Source: a bacterium | GTDB lineage: Bacteria; Zhuqueibacterota; Zhuqueibacteria; Zhuqueibacterales; Zhuqueibacteraceae | Direction of reading: 5' to 3' | DNA length: 56,557 nucleotides | Assembly (NCBI GenBank): GCA_044869275.1 | Contig: JBIOXB010000096.1 | Span: forward strand, 1-56,557 | Shown here: positions 55,501 through 56,557 of the stretch, piece by piece | Layout: the number at the start of each line of letters is the position of its first letter | How positions within the stretch are numbered: position 1 is the first letter of the stretch | Notes under the pieces: model-generated | The model's database searches: none | What the model saw: the letters and a program-made list of their open reading frames with translations, nothing else | Told to the model about the DNA's origin: nothing | Made by a program: the position numbers and the translations under genes

Positions 55501-56490
55501 TCAATTGATTTTCAATAGCGACGGCAACAGCGAGGCCGGGAGCAGAAAAAGCACATTCCACGGGCTGGTCACTTTGTGCCGGTACTTAGTCGATCGTAAT
55601 GCGGTCTGGCCATCTCTTTGACTCGAATTCACCGGAGGAGAAAATGAGCGTTTCGCCATGTGCTTGAGACGCCATTCCGCCAGCAATGCTTGGGGATTCA
55701 CACAGAAAGCCTCCGGCAATCGTGCCCGGGTTAGCCGGCAGAAACCGGCCATTCTATCGAACTTCATTTGCTGCTTTTCATTCCAAGCAACGCCGTAAGC
55801 TTCACGTAAGTTTTCGGGCAGCATTGCCGCGCCACAAAATTGCATCAATCGAGCCAGGCCGCGCAGGCCGCGCTGTGCAAGCAGTGCTTGCACAAGCGTT
55901 CGCGCCGTCTCGCCGACATGCAGTGTCTCTCCGGCGAACATATTCTGCATGTAAGTGGCAAATTCTTCATACGTATCAGGAACAAAGCTGAAAGGAATGC
56001 CGAAGACATGCGCAAGTTTTTGGCTATCGAGATAATAAGCACGCTTCTCCGATAAAGCCAGAGGCGCCACAAAATGCTCGTACGCCACCAGGGCGGAATC
56101 AATCAGTGTCGCCAACACCCAAAATTTCAGCCCGGAATTTTGCGAGGAATACTTCGTCTCAGCAGGGAAAATGCCTTCCTTCCGGGGCAAAACGCCGCGC
56201 ACATGCGCATGGCATTGATGGAAATATCGCAACGCTGTGCGCGCTGCTTCAGCGCCCCCGAAAGTGAGATCGTTCATCACTTTCATCGTGCGATACAAGC
56301 GTCGCCAGGGATTTCTTTGAAAGTGGCTGTGTTCAGAGACGCCCGCCGCGACCAGCGGATGTGCTAGCTCGAGTGCGAGCGCGCGGCCGCCGCTCAAGCC
56401 GGTCAGCATTTCGCGATTCACGCGCCAGAAAACGGAAGCGGGCGTGAATAGTCTGACGGCCGGCGGCAGTTGATCAAAGCACTTCGCCAT
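55501..56490 (-). CDS. oxygenase MpaB / DUF2236 family protein
   Basis: S..WRVNRE....GGRAL.L.LAHP.VAAGV..HS.F...P..RL.RT, H..V.G, WV.ATL.DS. Confidence 0.85.
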   Translation of the reverse strand: MAKCFDQLPPAVRLFTPASVFWRVNREMLTGLSGGRALALELAHPLVAAGVSEHSHFQRNPWRRLYRTMKVMNDLTFGGAEAARTALRYFHQCHAHVRGVLPRKEGIFPAETKYSSQNSGLKFWVLATLIDSALVAYEHFVAPLALSEKRAYYLDSQKLAHVFGIPFSFVPDTYEEFATYMQNMFAGETLHVGETARTLVQALLAQRGLRGLARLMQFCGAAMLPENLREAYGVAWNEKQQMKFDRMAGFCRLTRARLPEAFCVNPQALLAEWRLKHMAKRSFSPPVNSSQRDGQTALRSTKYRHKVTSPWNVLFLLPASLLPSLLKIN

Positions 56491-56557
56491 TAGTCCGTAA
56501 ACGCAAAAGAAGACAAAATTCGTTGCTGTACTTCACTCAGCTCGTCCTTGGCGCGGA

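Overview
Bacterial genomic window. The gene and repeat content suggests candidate division KSB1 or a related FCB lineage (inference only). Left part (~250-33,320): almost all on the minus strand, a signalling cluster. It holds six intact Hanks-type Ser/Thr kinases whose kinase domains are very similar at DNA level but whose C-termini are swapped: two TM+TolB-N-like/TPR, two STAND-ATPase+TPR (one also carrying a degenerate cyclase domain), and two TM+PD40 beta-propeller. Between them lie five orphan copies of the kinase 5' end (several acting as short leader ORFs), two toxin-deleted TA modules, IS200/RAYT-like transposase remnants with GTAG-type REP palindromes, a form II coxSLM cluster and an NmrA-like gene. 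The cluster ends in a GAF-sigma54 activator, a beta-propeller histidine kinase, a NarL-type regulator and a probable sigma54-dependent two-gene operon. Right part (~33,700-56,557): mostly housekeeping and envelope genes (tpx, SDR, TonB-C lipoprotein, alpha/beta hydrolase, EamA, DAG kinase, rnz, HAD, STAS, tyrS, smpB, tRNA-Leu(CAG), TPR-roadblock-small GTPase operon, GH3 NagZ-like, PafA-like protein with altered active site, GWxTD, Omp85-peptidase fusion, MpaB-like). Intergenic spaces carry many short periodic or inverted repeat elements, some of which also sit in frame inside kinase genes. The best candidate for a new system is the modular, apparently recombining kinase array with its self-derived leader ORFs. 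All calls come from motif recognition by eye; no searches were run.
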